64,000 nt of DNA from a virus (lineage: Duplodnaviria; Caudoviricetes): positions 1 through 64,000 of IMG/VR virus record IMGVR_UViG_3300032225_002400. One strand, given 5' to 3'. Position numbers and translations under genes: made by a program. The notes beneath the pieces were generated by a model. The model was given only the letters and a program-made list of their open reading frames with translations. It had not been told where the DNA came from and did not search any database. Positions 37,757 through 45,686 of this stretch are shown here, in pieces (position 1 is the first letter of the stretch; every line of letters begins with the position of its first letter).

Positions 37757-37876
37757 ATGTTAAAAGGTAAAAATTTATTGTTGTTATTAGCAATTGCAGG
37801 CGTATCTTATTATTATTTAGTATGGCAAAAAAGCGCTAAAGATAAAGAAAATGATGCTGCAAAAGCTAAAAAATAA
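37757..37876 (+). CDS. 39-aa N-terminal-TM peptide, MLKGKNL family (not in track)
   Basis: MLKGKNLLLLLAIAGVSYYYLVWQKS... Confidence 0.75.
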   Translation: MLKGKNLLLLLAIAGVSYYYLVWQKSAKDKENDAAKAKK

Positions 37877-37880
37877 AAAA

Positions 37881-38072
37881 ATGATTAATAGTAAAAAAAT
37901 ATTATTAATTGGAGGTGTTTTGGTAATAGCGTATCTTTTATTAAAAAAGAAAAAAAATACTATTGTTAGTGAAAATGGAAAAGAAAAGATTTCGCAGTTT
38001 GACCCTATAAATGTTAAACCAATGCCATGGATAGGTGTTCCAAATTCACTTACTGAAATTAAGATAAATTAA
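37881..38072 (+). CDS. N-terminal-TM protein
   Basis: From ATG 37881: MINSKKILLIGGVLVIAYLLLKKKK. Confidence 0.7.
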   Translation: MINSKKILLIGGVLVIAYLLLKKKKNTIVSENGKEKISQFDPINVKPMPWIGVPNSLTEIKIN

Positions 38073-38073
38073 A

Positions 38074-38208
38074 ATGACTAAAGAGAATAAACAATTATTA
38101 TTAATAGGTGGATTTATATTTGTTTTATATACACTTTATAAGATATATGAAAAGAAATATCAATCAGTTCCTGATTCAGTAGTAATTCCAACAGAATTTG
38201 AAAATTAA
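38074..38208 (+). CDS. 44-aa N-terminal-TM peptide (not in track)
   Basis: MTKENKQLLLIGGFIFVLYTLYKIYEKK... Confidence 0.7.
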   Translation: MTKENKQLLLIGGFIFVLYTLYKIYEKKYQSVPDSVVIPTEFEN

Positions 38209-38235
38209 ATTAAATAACAAACAAAAACTACAATT

Positions 38236-38397
38236 ATGTTAAAAGGTAAAAATTTATGGATTTTATTAGGTGTAGGTGCTGTAGCATACTATTATTTTAT
38301 GATGAAAAAGAAAAAAGATGCTGCTTCTGCTGCTTCTACAACTCCTGCTGTTAAAAACTTTACAGGAGACCATGGTATTTTAGCAAAACAAAATTAA
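38236..38397 (+). CDS. 53-aa N-terminal-TM peptide, MLKGKNL family (not in track)
   Basis: MLKGKNLWILLGVGAVAYYYFMMKKKK...KNFTGDHG. Confidence 0.75.
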   Translation: MLKGKNLWILLGVGAVAYYYFMMKKKKDAASAASTTPAVKNFTGDHGILAKQN

Positions 38398-38420
38398 TTA
38401 GAAATTAAAAAAGTAAAAAA

Positions 38421-38672
38421 ATGTTAAAAGGTAAAAATTTATTAATTATTGCAGGTGTTGCTGCTGTAGGTTATTATTTATATAAAAAAAATCAAGCTGC
38501 TAAAGTAATTGCTCCTTCAACTGCTGCAACTAATTTTACAGGTAATTTAGGTGTACTTAATGCTGATGGCGCACATTTAACTGATAGACAAATTAATAGA
38601 ATTGCAAACGCTAGTCCTGAAAGAGCTCAAAGAATTTATAATAGAGTTTCAAAAAGAATGGGGATTAGATAA
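38421..38672 (+). CDS. N-terminal-TM protein, MLKGKNL family
   Basis: MLKGKNLLIIAGVAAVGYYLYKK...NFTG...LNADG. Confidence 0.75.
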   Translation: MLKGKNLLIIAGVAAVGYYLYKKNQAAKVIAPSTAATNFTGNLGVLNADGAHLTDRQINRIANASPERAQRIYNRVSKRMGIR

Positions 38673-38682
38673 AAATTAAGTT

Positions 38683-39075
38683 ATGACAACTACAAAAAAA
38701 GTACTTTTATACGCAGGGATATATATTATAGGTTATCAATTATGGAAATACTATAGTAAGCCTAAAAGCGTATTAGTAAAAGGTTCTGATGCTGACACAC
38801 CTGAAAAGGTAGAATATAGCACAGGAAAAGAAGGTATGTTAGGTTCTGATGGTTCTTTAGATACAATGATTAATTTAAAGAAGCCCATCTATATTAGACC
38901 TCAAAATTCTATTCCTGATGTATATGATAGAGGTATTGGACAATTTATTAATTGTAGTGGTGGTTATATGAACGCTTCAGGTTTTCATGAAAACTTAGCT
39001 ACGGCTTGTAACGCTAGAACTGTAAAAAAACTTGGCGCTACAAAAATTGATATTCCTATAATACCTCAAAATTAA
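38683..39075 (+). CDS. N-terminal-TM protein
   Basis: TM then 'LGSDG', 'MNASG'. Confidence 0.7.
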   Translation: MTTTKKVLLYAGIYIIGYQLWKYYSKPKSVLVKGSDADTPEKVEYSTGKEGMLGSDGSLDTMINLKKPIYIRPQNSIPDVYDRGIGQFINCSGGYMNASGFHENLATACNARTVKKLGATKIDIPIIPQN

Positions 39076-39085
39076 AATAAAAACA

Positions 39086-39322
39086 ATGGCAGAGGCGAAA
39101 GATATATTAGATAAAGTAAAACAATTAAAATCTAATTCTGAAAGCATGGCTTTGAAGAAAATGAAAGGTACAGTTTCAGGAGCTTTAATTGGTATGGGTG
39201 GTGGCTTACTAATAGGATTTACAAGAGGCTATAATTTAGTCTCTTCTGCGTTTGTAGGAGCTTTACTTGGAGGAGTTATATCTCAAGTTTTATTACCAAA
39301 ATTAGATGATAGCAATGAATAA
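39086..39322 (+). CDS. Glycine-zipper membrane protein
   Basis: 'GALIGMGGGLLIG...AFVGALLGG'. Confidence 0.7.
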   Translation: MAEAKDILDKVKQLKSNSESMALKKMKGTVSGALIGMGGGLLIGFTRGYNLVSSAFVGALLGGVISQVLLPKLDDSNE

Positions 39323-40007
39323 TAAGTATATTAAATTTGCCGCTTTAGCAGCTATTACAGTAGGTGGTTACTTAGTGATTAAAAATCTATTAGGTAAATC
39401 TGTTGGAGTAACAAAACAAGTAGGTGATTCAGAAAGTGGTTTAGATAATGGGAAAGCTGCAGTTTCTAATTACTTCCCTTTAGCTAAAGGTAGCAAAGGA
39501 GAAAAAGTTAGAGAATTGCAGACTATTTTAGTAGGTATTGATGCAAATTCACTCCCTAAATATGGTATTGATGGAGATTTTGGAAGTGAAACTGAAGCTG
39601 CTTTATTTAAGTATTTGAATAAGAAGCAAGTTGATAATCAAGAAGACATAGCTACATTAAATTCTTTAAAAACTACAGCTCAATCAAAAGCTTTAGAATC
39701 TTCAATTAATGCTAATAGAAGTATAACTGCGAATGAAATTATCAATGATTGGAAGCTTAATAATATGAAAAATATATACGCATCTAATGATTTAGGATAT
39801 GTTATTGGTAATTTATCTGCATCAGGTTTAGAATTAAATTCTGTAAATAAATTTGCTAAAAAAGGTGAAACTATAGTTAATGGTTTTGAAATAAAAGATA
39901 TGAAAGTTTTACCTAGTGGTTATATTATGGCTTCTATAGGAACAGGTACTTTAGGATTAGATAGTAGATTTGCTAAATTTAGCCCTTTTGGTGTCATGAT
40001 AAAGTAG
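39315..40007 (+). CDS. N-terminal TM plus peptidoglycan-binding (PGBD-like) domain
   Basis: 'LAKGSKGEKVRELQTIL...IDGDFGSETEAAL'. Confidence 0.8.
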   Translation: MNNKYIKFAALAAITVGGYLVIKNLLGKSVGVTKQVGDSESGLDNGKAAVSNYFPLAKGSKGEKVRELQTILVGIDANSLPKYGIDGDFGSETEAALFKYLNKKQVDNQEDIATLNSLKTTAQSKALESSINANRSITANEIINDWKLNNMKNIYASNDLGYVIGNLSASGLELNSVNKFAKKGETIVNGFEIKDMKVLPSGYIMASIGTGTLGLDSRFAKFSPFGVMIK

Positions 40008-40035
40008 TAATTTTAAAATAAAAAATAACCATAAA

Positions 40036-40326
40036 ATGGAAGAAATAAATTTAGATAAAAAGCTTACTGCCAACCAACTTTTTAAAGAATATAAAGATGA
40101 AGGAGGCACATTGAATTTTTCAGATTGGTTGACTAGAGAAAAGACAAAAGGTATTTTCCCTATAAATTTGAATCTAAATCAAGAAGTAAGTAAAAAATTA
40201 ACTGATTTAAAACAAGAAGAAATGAATAAAACAGTTTTAGGTTTCCCTGTAAGCACCTTATTAATAGCAGGTGGAGTAATTATAGTAGCAATAGTTGCTG
40301 TTAATGTATTAAAAAAGAAAGCATAA
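40036..40326 (+). CDS. C-terminal-TM protein
   Basis: TM plus KKKA. Confidence 0.7.
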   Translation: MEEINLDKKLTANQLFKEYKDEGGTLNFSDWLTREKTKGIFPINLNLNQEVSKKLTDLKQEEMNKTVLGFPVSTLLIAGGVIIVAIVAVNVLKKKA

Positions 40327-40610
40327 TGAAAAAAGATAATTTTATTTGGTGGGTATTAGGAGGCTTTGGAGCTGTTGCTCTTTGGTATTATTATCAAAAT
40401 AATAAAAAGAAAAGTGTAAGTACTAAAGAGTTAGTAGTAGATGTTCTTCAAGAAGAGCAAGATAAGTATAGTACACCTTTTAAAGCTGAGTATAATATTA
40501 TTATGCCTGCTGATTTAGTGTCAAAGAGAGTAAAAGAAAAGGCGGCTGTGTTAACTGCAGGTAGATATGAAATACAGCCTGATAAAGTACAAGCACCATT
40601 ATTTATATAA
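40326..40610 (+). CDS. N-terminal-TM protein
   Basis: 'FIWWVLGGFGAVALWYYY'. Confidence 0.7.
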   Translation: MKKDNFIWWVLGGFGAVALWYYYQNNKKKSVSTKELVVDVLQEEQDKYSTPFKAEYNIIMPADLVSKRVKEKAAVLTAGRYEIQPDKVQAPLFI

Positions 40611-40611
40611 G

Positions 40612-41418
40612 ATGCAGTACAAATTGTGGACAAGATATGAACCATGTATGGTTAAAGTTGTGGTAAAAACAAATTCACCTCAACTTATTGTGTTAAAGGC
40701 ATTTGATGCTACACAAGCCAATACAGTTTTTATGGAAAGGGAAAAAACTATTGATGGAACGCAAGAGTTGTATGTAAGGATGCCATTATCCCCTAGTTCA
40801 ACTGCTTTAGCAATTTATAATAAAAAAAATGGCAACTTGGCAAAAGGTCAAGATAGTTCTTTTGAAGTTTCTCAAATTAAAAAAGAAGATTTGGACATTA
40901 CTTTAGCTAAAACTAAAATGGACAATTCTTTAGTTAGAAATTTTGTTGCTTTTGCTCAAAAGTTTGCATTTAACGCTGGTTGGATTCAAGCTCCAAAAGA
41001 TTATATAAGTACAGTAGGTGCTTTTAAAATAGAATACTTACCTTATATAACAAACAACAAAACTAATGCTAAGATGGCTACACCTGCTCGTATAAGTACC
41101 AAAAATGGTAGAATACAAGTGTCTCAGGAAGCTTTCTTACCATTTACTATACCAATGAGAATGGCAATATTATTACATGAGTTTAGTCATTTTTATTTGA
41201 ATAGTGATATTTCTAATGAAACTGAAGCTGATTTGAACGGACTTACAATTTATTTAGGATTAGGCTACCCTATCAAAGAAGCCTATTCTGCTTTTATAGA
41301 TACCTTTATTGGTTATCCTACTGAGCAGAATAAAAGAAGATATGATATAATCAATAGGTTCATTAAAGATTATATTGAAGAATATAAAATAAAAGATGTC
41401 TACGCAGTAGGCGAATAA
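40612..41418 (+). CDS. Zincin-type metalloprotease
   Basis: 'ILLHEFSHF' (HExxH) then 'ETEAD'; start likely ATG 40612, right after the upstream stop. Confidence 0.7.
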   Translation: MQYKLWTRYEPCMVKVVVKTNSPQLIVLKAFDATQANTVFMEREKTIDGTQELYVRMPLSPSSTALAIYNKKNGNLAKGQDSSFEVSQIKKEDLDITLAKTKMDNSLVRNFVAFAQKFAFNAGWIQAPKDYISTVGAFKIEYLPYITNNKTNAKMATPARISTKNGRIQVSQEAFLPFTIPMRMAILLHEFSHFYLNSDISNETEADLNGLTIYLGLGYPIKEAYSAFIDTFIGYPTEQNKRRYDIINRFIKDYIEEYKIKDVYAVGE

Positions 41419-41429
41419 AAATAAAAGTT

Positions 41430-41957
41430 ATGGCAGACAAAGGAGCACTTAGAGTTTATACAGAATTACCATCTTGGGCAAAAGGAGTAGTTGTTGTAGG
41501 TGGGCTTGTTGTAGGTTATTTAGCTGTTACATCTATTTTAAGAGCTATTAAAGCTAAAAAAACAGAGGCTGAATCAAAAGCTGAAATTTCACAAGCTAAT
41601 ACTGAATTAAATACTCAAATAAAATCAGGAAATGGTCCAACAATTCAAAGAAGTCAAGCAGAAGTTATGGCTAATGCTATAGTTGCTGCTTCAAATGATT
41701 GTGGAACTGATGAAAAACAAATTTATGCTCAATTTGATAAAGTAAAAAATCAAGCTGATATATTGTTATTTGTAGAAGTTTTTGGTTTAAGAAAGAAAGT
41801 AAGATGCCCATTTAGTGATGACCCTAGAGAATCATTTTTTAGTTCAGATACTCCTCCAATGTCATTATCTGCTATGATAAATTCAGAATTAGATACTACT
41901 GAAATTCAAACTTTAAATAATAAATTAGCAACAAAAGGAATTAAATATAAATTTTAA
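41430..41957 (+). CDS. N-terminal-TM protein
   Basis: 'WAKGVVVVGGLVVGYLAV'. Confidence 0.7.
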   Translation: MADKGALRVYTELPSWAKGVVVVGGLVVGYLAVTSILRAIKAKKTEAESKAEISQANTELNTQIKSGNGPTIQRSQAEVMANAIVAASNDCGTDEKQIYAQFDKVKNQADILLFVEVFGLRKKVRCPFSDDPRESFFSSDTPPMSLSAMINSELDTTEIQTLNNKLATKGIKYKF

Positions 41958-41960
41958 TAT

Positions 41961-42575
41961 ATGGCACTTTTTGAATCAGAAAAAACAAGAATAACAGAAG
42001 CAAGTAATAGTTATGCACAAAAATATCCTTTAAGTGAGAATATATCTAACTTACAAGCTAGTGTTAATGCAGCTAATGTTGATTTAGTTAGTTTAAGAAA
42101 TGAACAACCTGAAACTGCTGGAGGTAAGCGTGTAAGACAAAGAAACATTACTGCTCTATCTAATAGAATTATGCAGCTTCAAAATAAAATTAAAGATTTA
42201 CAAAGTGGTATGAGTGGAAGTGATATTATTAAAATTGCTTATCCTTCTTACTCTACTCTTCCAAAAGTAACTAGTCAAACTATTTTAGGAAGTACACCAT
42301 ATAGCTTTCAAATACCTATGTTGAATATGCCAAATAGCGTTAAGAATATAAAAAAATCAAAACCTGCTTCAAAAACAACTGATACAAGAGATTTAGCTGA
42401 CAGTATTGCAAATAACAATGGTATACCTGTTGCAGGAGAATCAAATGGTGCTGTAGGTGATTATCCTCCTCCTTATGGAGTTCAAAATACAAATACTAAA
42501 TCAATACTATTATATGGTGGTTTAGCGGCAATAGTGGGAATTACAGCTTATTTCATGTTTATAAAGAAAAAATAA
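41961..42575 (+). CDS. C-terminal-TM protein, paralog of 42580-43044
   Basis: Both share 'KYP.SE...L...G.KRVR.RN..AL..RI..L'. Confidence 0.75.
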   Translation: MALFESEKTRITEASNSYAQKYPLSENISNLQASVNAANVDLVSLRNEQPETAGGKRVRQRNITALSNRIMQLQNKIKDLQSGMSGSDIIKIAYPSYSTLPKVTSQTILGSTPYSFQIPMLNMPNSVKNIKKSKPASKTTDTRDLADSIANNNGIPVAGESNGAVGDYPPPYGVQNTNTKSILLYGGLAAIVGITAYFMFIKKK

Positions 42576-42579
42576 TTAT

Positions 42580-43044
42580 ATGGCATTATTAGGACCAACA
42601 GGAAAAAAAATAGCAATAGGAGCAGCAGTAGCAGGTGGTTTAACACTTGCAGGAATAGGAATTGCTAAAAACGCAGAGCAAAAAAGAGTTTTAGCTGCTG
42701 AAGATGATATGAAGAAGAAATATCCTTTTTCAGAAAATTGTCTTGAAATGCAACATATATACAAAACTGCAAAACTTACTTTAGCTCAATTAGAAGCTGA
42801 ATCAGGTGGAGATGCAGGTGCTAAAAGAGTAAGAGCAAGAAATACAGCAGCTTTAAAGAAAAGAATTATAGAACTTGAAAATTATATACCAAATTTAGAT
42901 TGCTCAAAGGCAGTTTTAGCTCCTGATGGGTTACCACAAGGTGCTGTTGCTCCTGCATCTAATGTTACTAAATATTTGTTATATGGCGTTGCAGGTGTGA
43001 TATTATTGGTGGTATTTTCTAACTTAATGAAGAAAAAAGACTAG
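42580..43044 (+). CDS. TM protein, paralog of 41961-42575
   Basis: As above; hydrophobic at both ends. Confidence 0.75.
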   Translation: MALLGPTGKKIAIGAAVAGGLTLAGIGIAKNAEQKRVLAAEDDMKKKYPFSENCLEMQHIYKTAKLTLAQLEAESGGDAGAKRVRARNTAALKKRIIELENYIPNLDCSKAVLAPDGLPQGAVAPASNVTKYLLYGVAGVILLVVFSNLMKKKD

Positions 43045-43046
43045 TT

Positions 43047-43721
43047 ATGGCAATAGACATGATTGAAAATAATGAGCTTGGTGCCCTTGCAAAAAGCAGA
43101 TTAGGTGATACTAAGCAGTTTACTAATGAAAACCAAAAGTATAAAAACTTCTCAGGTAATGAGGATGTTTTTCAAAGAGTAGACATTAATGAAGAGTTTG
43201 AAAACCTTTTTGGAAGTAAAACATTCAAAGATAATAAAGCAAAAGCTACTAAAGAAGCTGAAGATTTTGTTGCAGCTTTACCAAAAGGTAATTGTGATGA
43301 TATTGAGAAAAGCTTGGGAAAACTTGCTTTATATATTGAAGCTCAAACAAAAGAATTAGGATTAGCTAAAGGCCATGTTACAGAATACCCTAAAAATAGA
43401 TTAACAGTAGCTAGAAAAGCAGAAGCTGATTTAAAAATGACTCAATCTAATTTAGATTGTTTAAATATACAAGCTAAAGCACAATCTGAAGCTAAAAAAG
43501 CTGAATTGATAAAGACTTTAACTAATGTTTCAGAAGCTAGTGTTCAACAAGCGAAAACAGACCTTTTTGGTACTCCTACAGGACAACCTTTGTACGCACC
43601 TGCTACAACTGACCAAGGAGCATTAAGTTCTGTTCAAAATGCTCTTGTTTCTAACAAAAATTTATTAATTTATGGTGGTATTGGAGTAATTGTATTAATT
43701 TTATTATTAAGAAGAGATTAA
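43047..43721 (+). CDS. C-terminal-TM helical protein
   Basis: 'NFSG'; 'NLDC' shared with 42580; TM plus RRD. Confidence 0.7.
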   Translation: MAIDMIENNELGALAKSRLGDTKQFTNENQKYKNFSGNEDVFQRVDINEEFENLFGSKTFKDNKAKATKEAEDFVAALPKGNCDDIEKSLGKLALYIEAQTKELGLAKGHVTEYPKNRLTVARKAEADLKMTQSNLDCLNIQAKAQSEAKKAELIKTLTNVSEASVQQAKTDLFGTPTGQPLYAPATTDQGALSSVQNALVSNKNLLIYGGIGVIVLILLLRRD

Positions 43722-43723
43722 GA

Positions 43724-44212
43724 ATGAAATATTTAAAACCTGCATTAATAATTAGTGGACTTGGCATAATTGGTTATGCCCTTTTCCGTTATTATAAGAA
43801 GCAAATAGACTTTGTAAAAGATATTCAATATACCATTTCAGGGTTAAAAATAGTAAACATTTCAAAAGAAGATGTTACACTTGAAATATTTTTAAAAGTT
43901 TATAACGCATCAAATGTAGAAGCTAAAGTAACTGAGATTTATTTAGATGTTATGATGAATGGCACTAAAGTAGGTTCTATAAATGAATCAAATGAGTTTA
44001 CAATTATGCCAACACAGACTACTGATGTAAGCTATAAATTTAGTTTTAATCCAAGTTTAGTAATAAAAAATATTGTTAATATTTTAACTTTAACTGTTCA
44101 ATTGAAAGATGTTGTAATAGTAGCAGATGGGTATATGAAAGTAAAAAGTGGTTTTTTATCAACAACAATTCCATTTACATATCAAAACACATTAAAAAAA
44201 CTTTTAAAATAA
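43724..44212 (+). CDS. N-terminal TM plus LEA_2-like beta-sandwich
   Basis: 'L.VYN.SN..A....I..DV..NG..VG', 'I.P...T.V'. Confidence 0.7.
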   Translation: MKYLKPALIISGLGIIGYALFRYYKKQIDFVKDIQYTISGLKIVNISKEDVTLEIFLKVYNASNVEAKVTEIYLDVMMNGTKVGSINESNEFTIMPTQTTDVSYKFSFNPSLVIKNIVNILTLTVQLKDVVIVADGYMKVKSGFLSTTIPFTYQNTLKKLLK

Positions 44213-44218
44213 TAATAA

Positions 44219-44497
44219 ATGGGAGCAACTAATTCATTTACATATAGCTTAACTAATGGTTCATTAACAATAAATTCAAGTGATAATGTGTTAAGATTTA
44301 GTGTTATGTGTAAACAAGGTACTATATCTTTATTAGGTACTACTTCTTTTAAAGGATTAACACCAAGTGCAATTACATTTTCAGTAGGTCAAGGTGCTAC
44401 AGAAACTGCAGCTAGTCCTTCTCAACCTTTAGATGGAATAACTATAACAGCAGGAACGGCAGGAGATATTGCAACAATATTACTTTCTACTACATAA
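44219..44497 (+). CDS. Small beta-rich structural protein candidate
   Basis: 92 aa, S/T/G-rich. Confidence 0.6.
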   Translation: MGATNSFTYSLTNGSLTINSSDNVLRFSVMCKQGTISLLGTTSFKGLTPSAITFSVGQGATETAASPSQPLDGITITAGTAGDIATILLSTT

Positions 44498-44521
44498 AAA
44501 TATTAAAAAAAAATCATAAAA

Positions 44522-44920
44522 ATGGAAGAATTTATTTTATCAGAAACAAGAACAATTTTTAACAAAGCCATAAAAAGATTTGCGAAAGAAAATAAGAAAG
44601 ATAAATTAGAGGTGTCTTTTCTTTTAAAATTGACTCCAGAAAGGGAAGTTGGTTATATGTATTGTCAAGACCATACACCATTCAGAGAAACTAATATTAA
44701 AGAGATATTAAATGTTAGAGCTTTTGATATGAAGGGATATACTGTTTTAGTACCACCTCAAATCAAAAATATTATAGAGAAATTAGAGGCTCGAATGAGC
44801 TCAAATAATATAGAAGTATGTGTTTACCTAGATAGAGAAGATGAAGATGAAGTTCGTTATTTTGTATATCAAGATGGTAAATATGTAAAAGAAGTTAATT
44901 TACTTGAATTGATTAAATAA
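44522..44920 (+). CDS. Hypothetical protein
   Basis: 132-aa ORF. Confidence 0.7.
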   Translation: MEEFILSETRTIFNKAIKRFAKENKKDKLEVSFLLKLTPEREVGYMYCQDHTPFRETNIKEILNVRAFDMKGYTVLVPPQIKNIIEKLEARMSSNNIEVCVYLDREDEDEVRYFVYQDGKYVKEVNLLELIK

Positions 44921-44926
44921 TTTGCA

Positions 44927-45679
44927 ATGAGTAGTACATTTTTAGGAGGAGATAGTTTTAGTTTATTTAGTGGTGGCTCAGGAGGAGGCACTAGTGGAGT
45001 TGTTGGTTCTAGTGGAACTAGCGGTCAAACTTATGGAACTAGTGGAACTAGTGGTCAAGGTACAAGTGGAACAAGTGCAACAAGCGGCACAACAGGTACA
45101 AGTGGAGTAACAGGAACTTCAGGCTTAACAGGAACTTCAGGAACAAGCGGTGTAACAGGCACAAGCGGAACAAGTGGCGTAACAGGAACTTCAGGAACAA
45201 GTGGTATGGGAACAAGTGGTACAAGTGGCTCTTCAGGTTCTAGTGGAAATGGTACTGCAGGAACAAGTGGTGGAACAGGTACGGCAGGTACTAGTGGAGT
45301 AAGTGCTGCAGGAACAATAAAAAATTATCAAGTAGTAATAGCTACATCAAATGGTTCTTTAAGTAGTGTAACAAGTGCAACTGACCCTGTTGGAGCAAAT
45401 CTAATAGGTGCTGCAGGATGGACATTCACCATAGATAGTAGTACTCAATTTACTATAACACATCCTTTAGGAAATGTTTTTATTAGTGCTTTTACTAATG
45501 GTTTAAATGGTTCTAATGTTCTTACAAGAACTTTTTCAGGAAATACAACAGGAAACTATAGTATGTTTCAAAATAGTACTTTTACATCTATCATTTTTTA
45601 TAGTTTATCAGGTACATTAGCAGGATATGCAACAGTTGGTTTAGGTACTTTAACAATTAATTTTCAAGCAAAAGTTTAA
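44927..45679 (+). CDS. Fibre-like protein with Gly-Thr-Ser collagen-like repeats
   Basis: About 100 aa of G-X-Y (GTS/GSS/GVT), then a beta-rich C-terminal head. Confidence 0.75.
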   Translation: MSSTFLGGDSFSLFSGGSGGGTSGVVGSSGTSGQTYGTSGTSGQGTSGTSATSGTTGTSGVTGTSGLTGTSGTSGVTGTSGTSGVTGTSGTSGMGTSGTSGSSGSSGNGTAGTSGGTGTAGTSGVSAAGTIKNYQVVIATSNGSLSSVTSATDPVGANLIGAAGWTFTIDSSTQFTITHPLGNVFISAFTNGLNGSNVLTRTFSGNTTGNYSMFQNSTFTSIIFYSLSGTLAGYATVGLGTLTINFQAKV

Positions 45680-45686
45680 ATAATGT

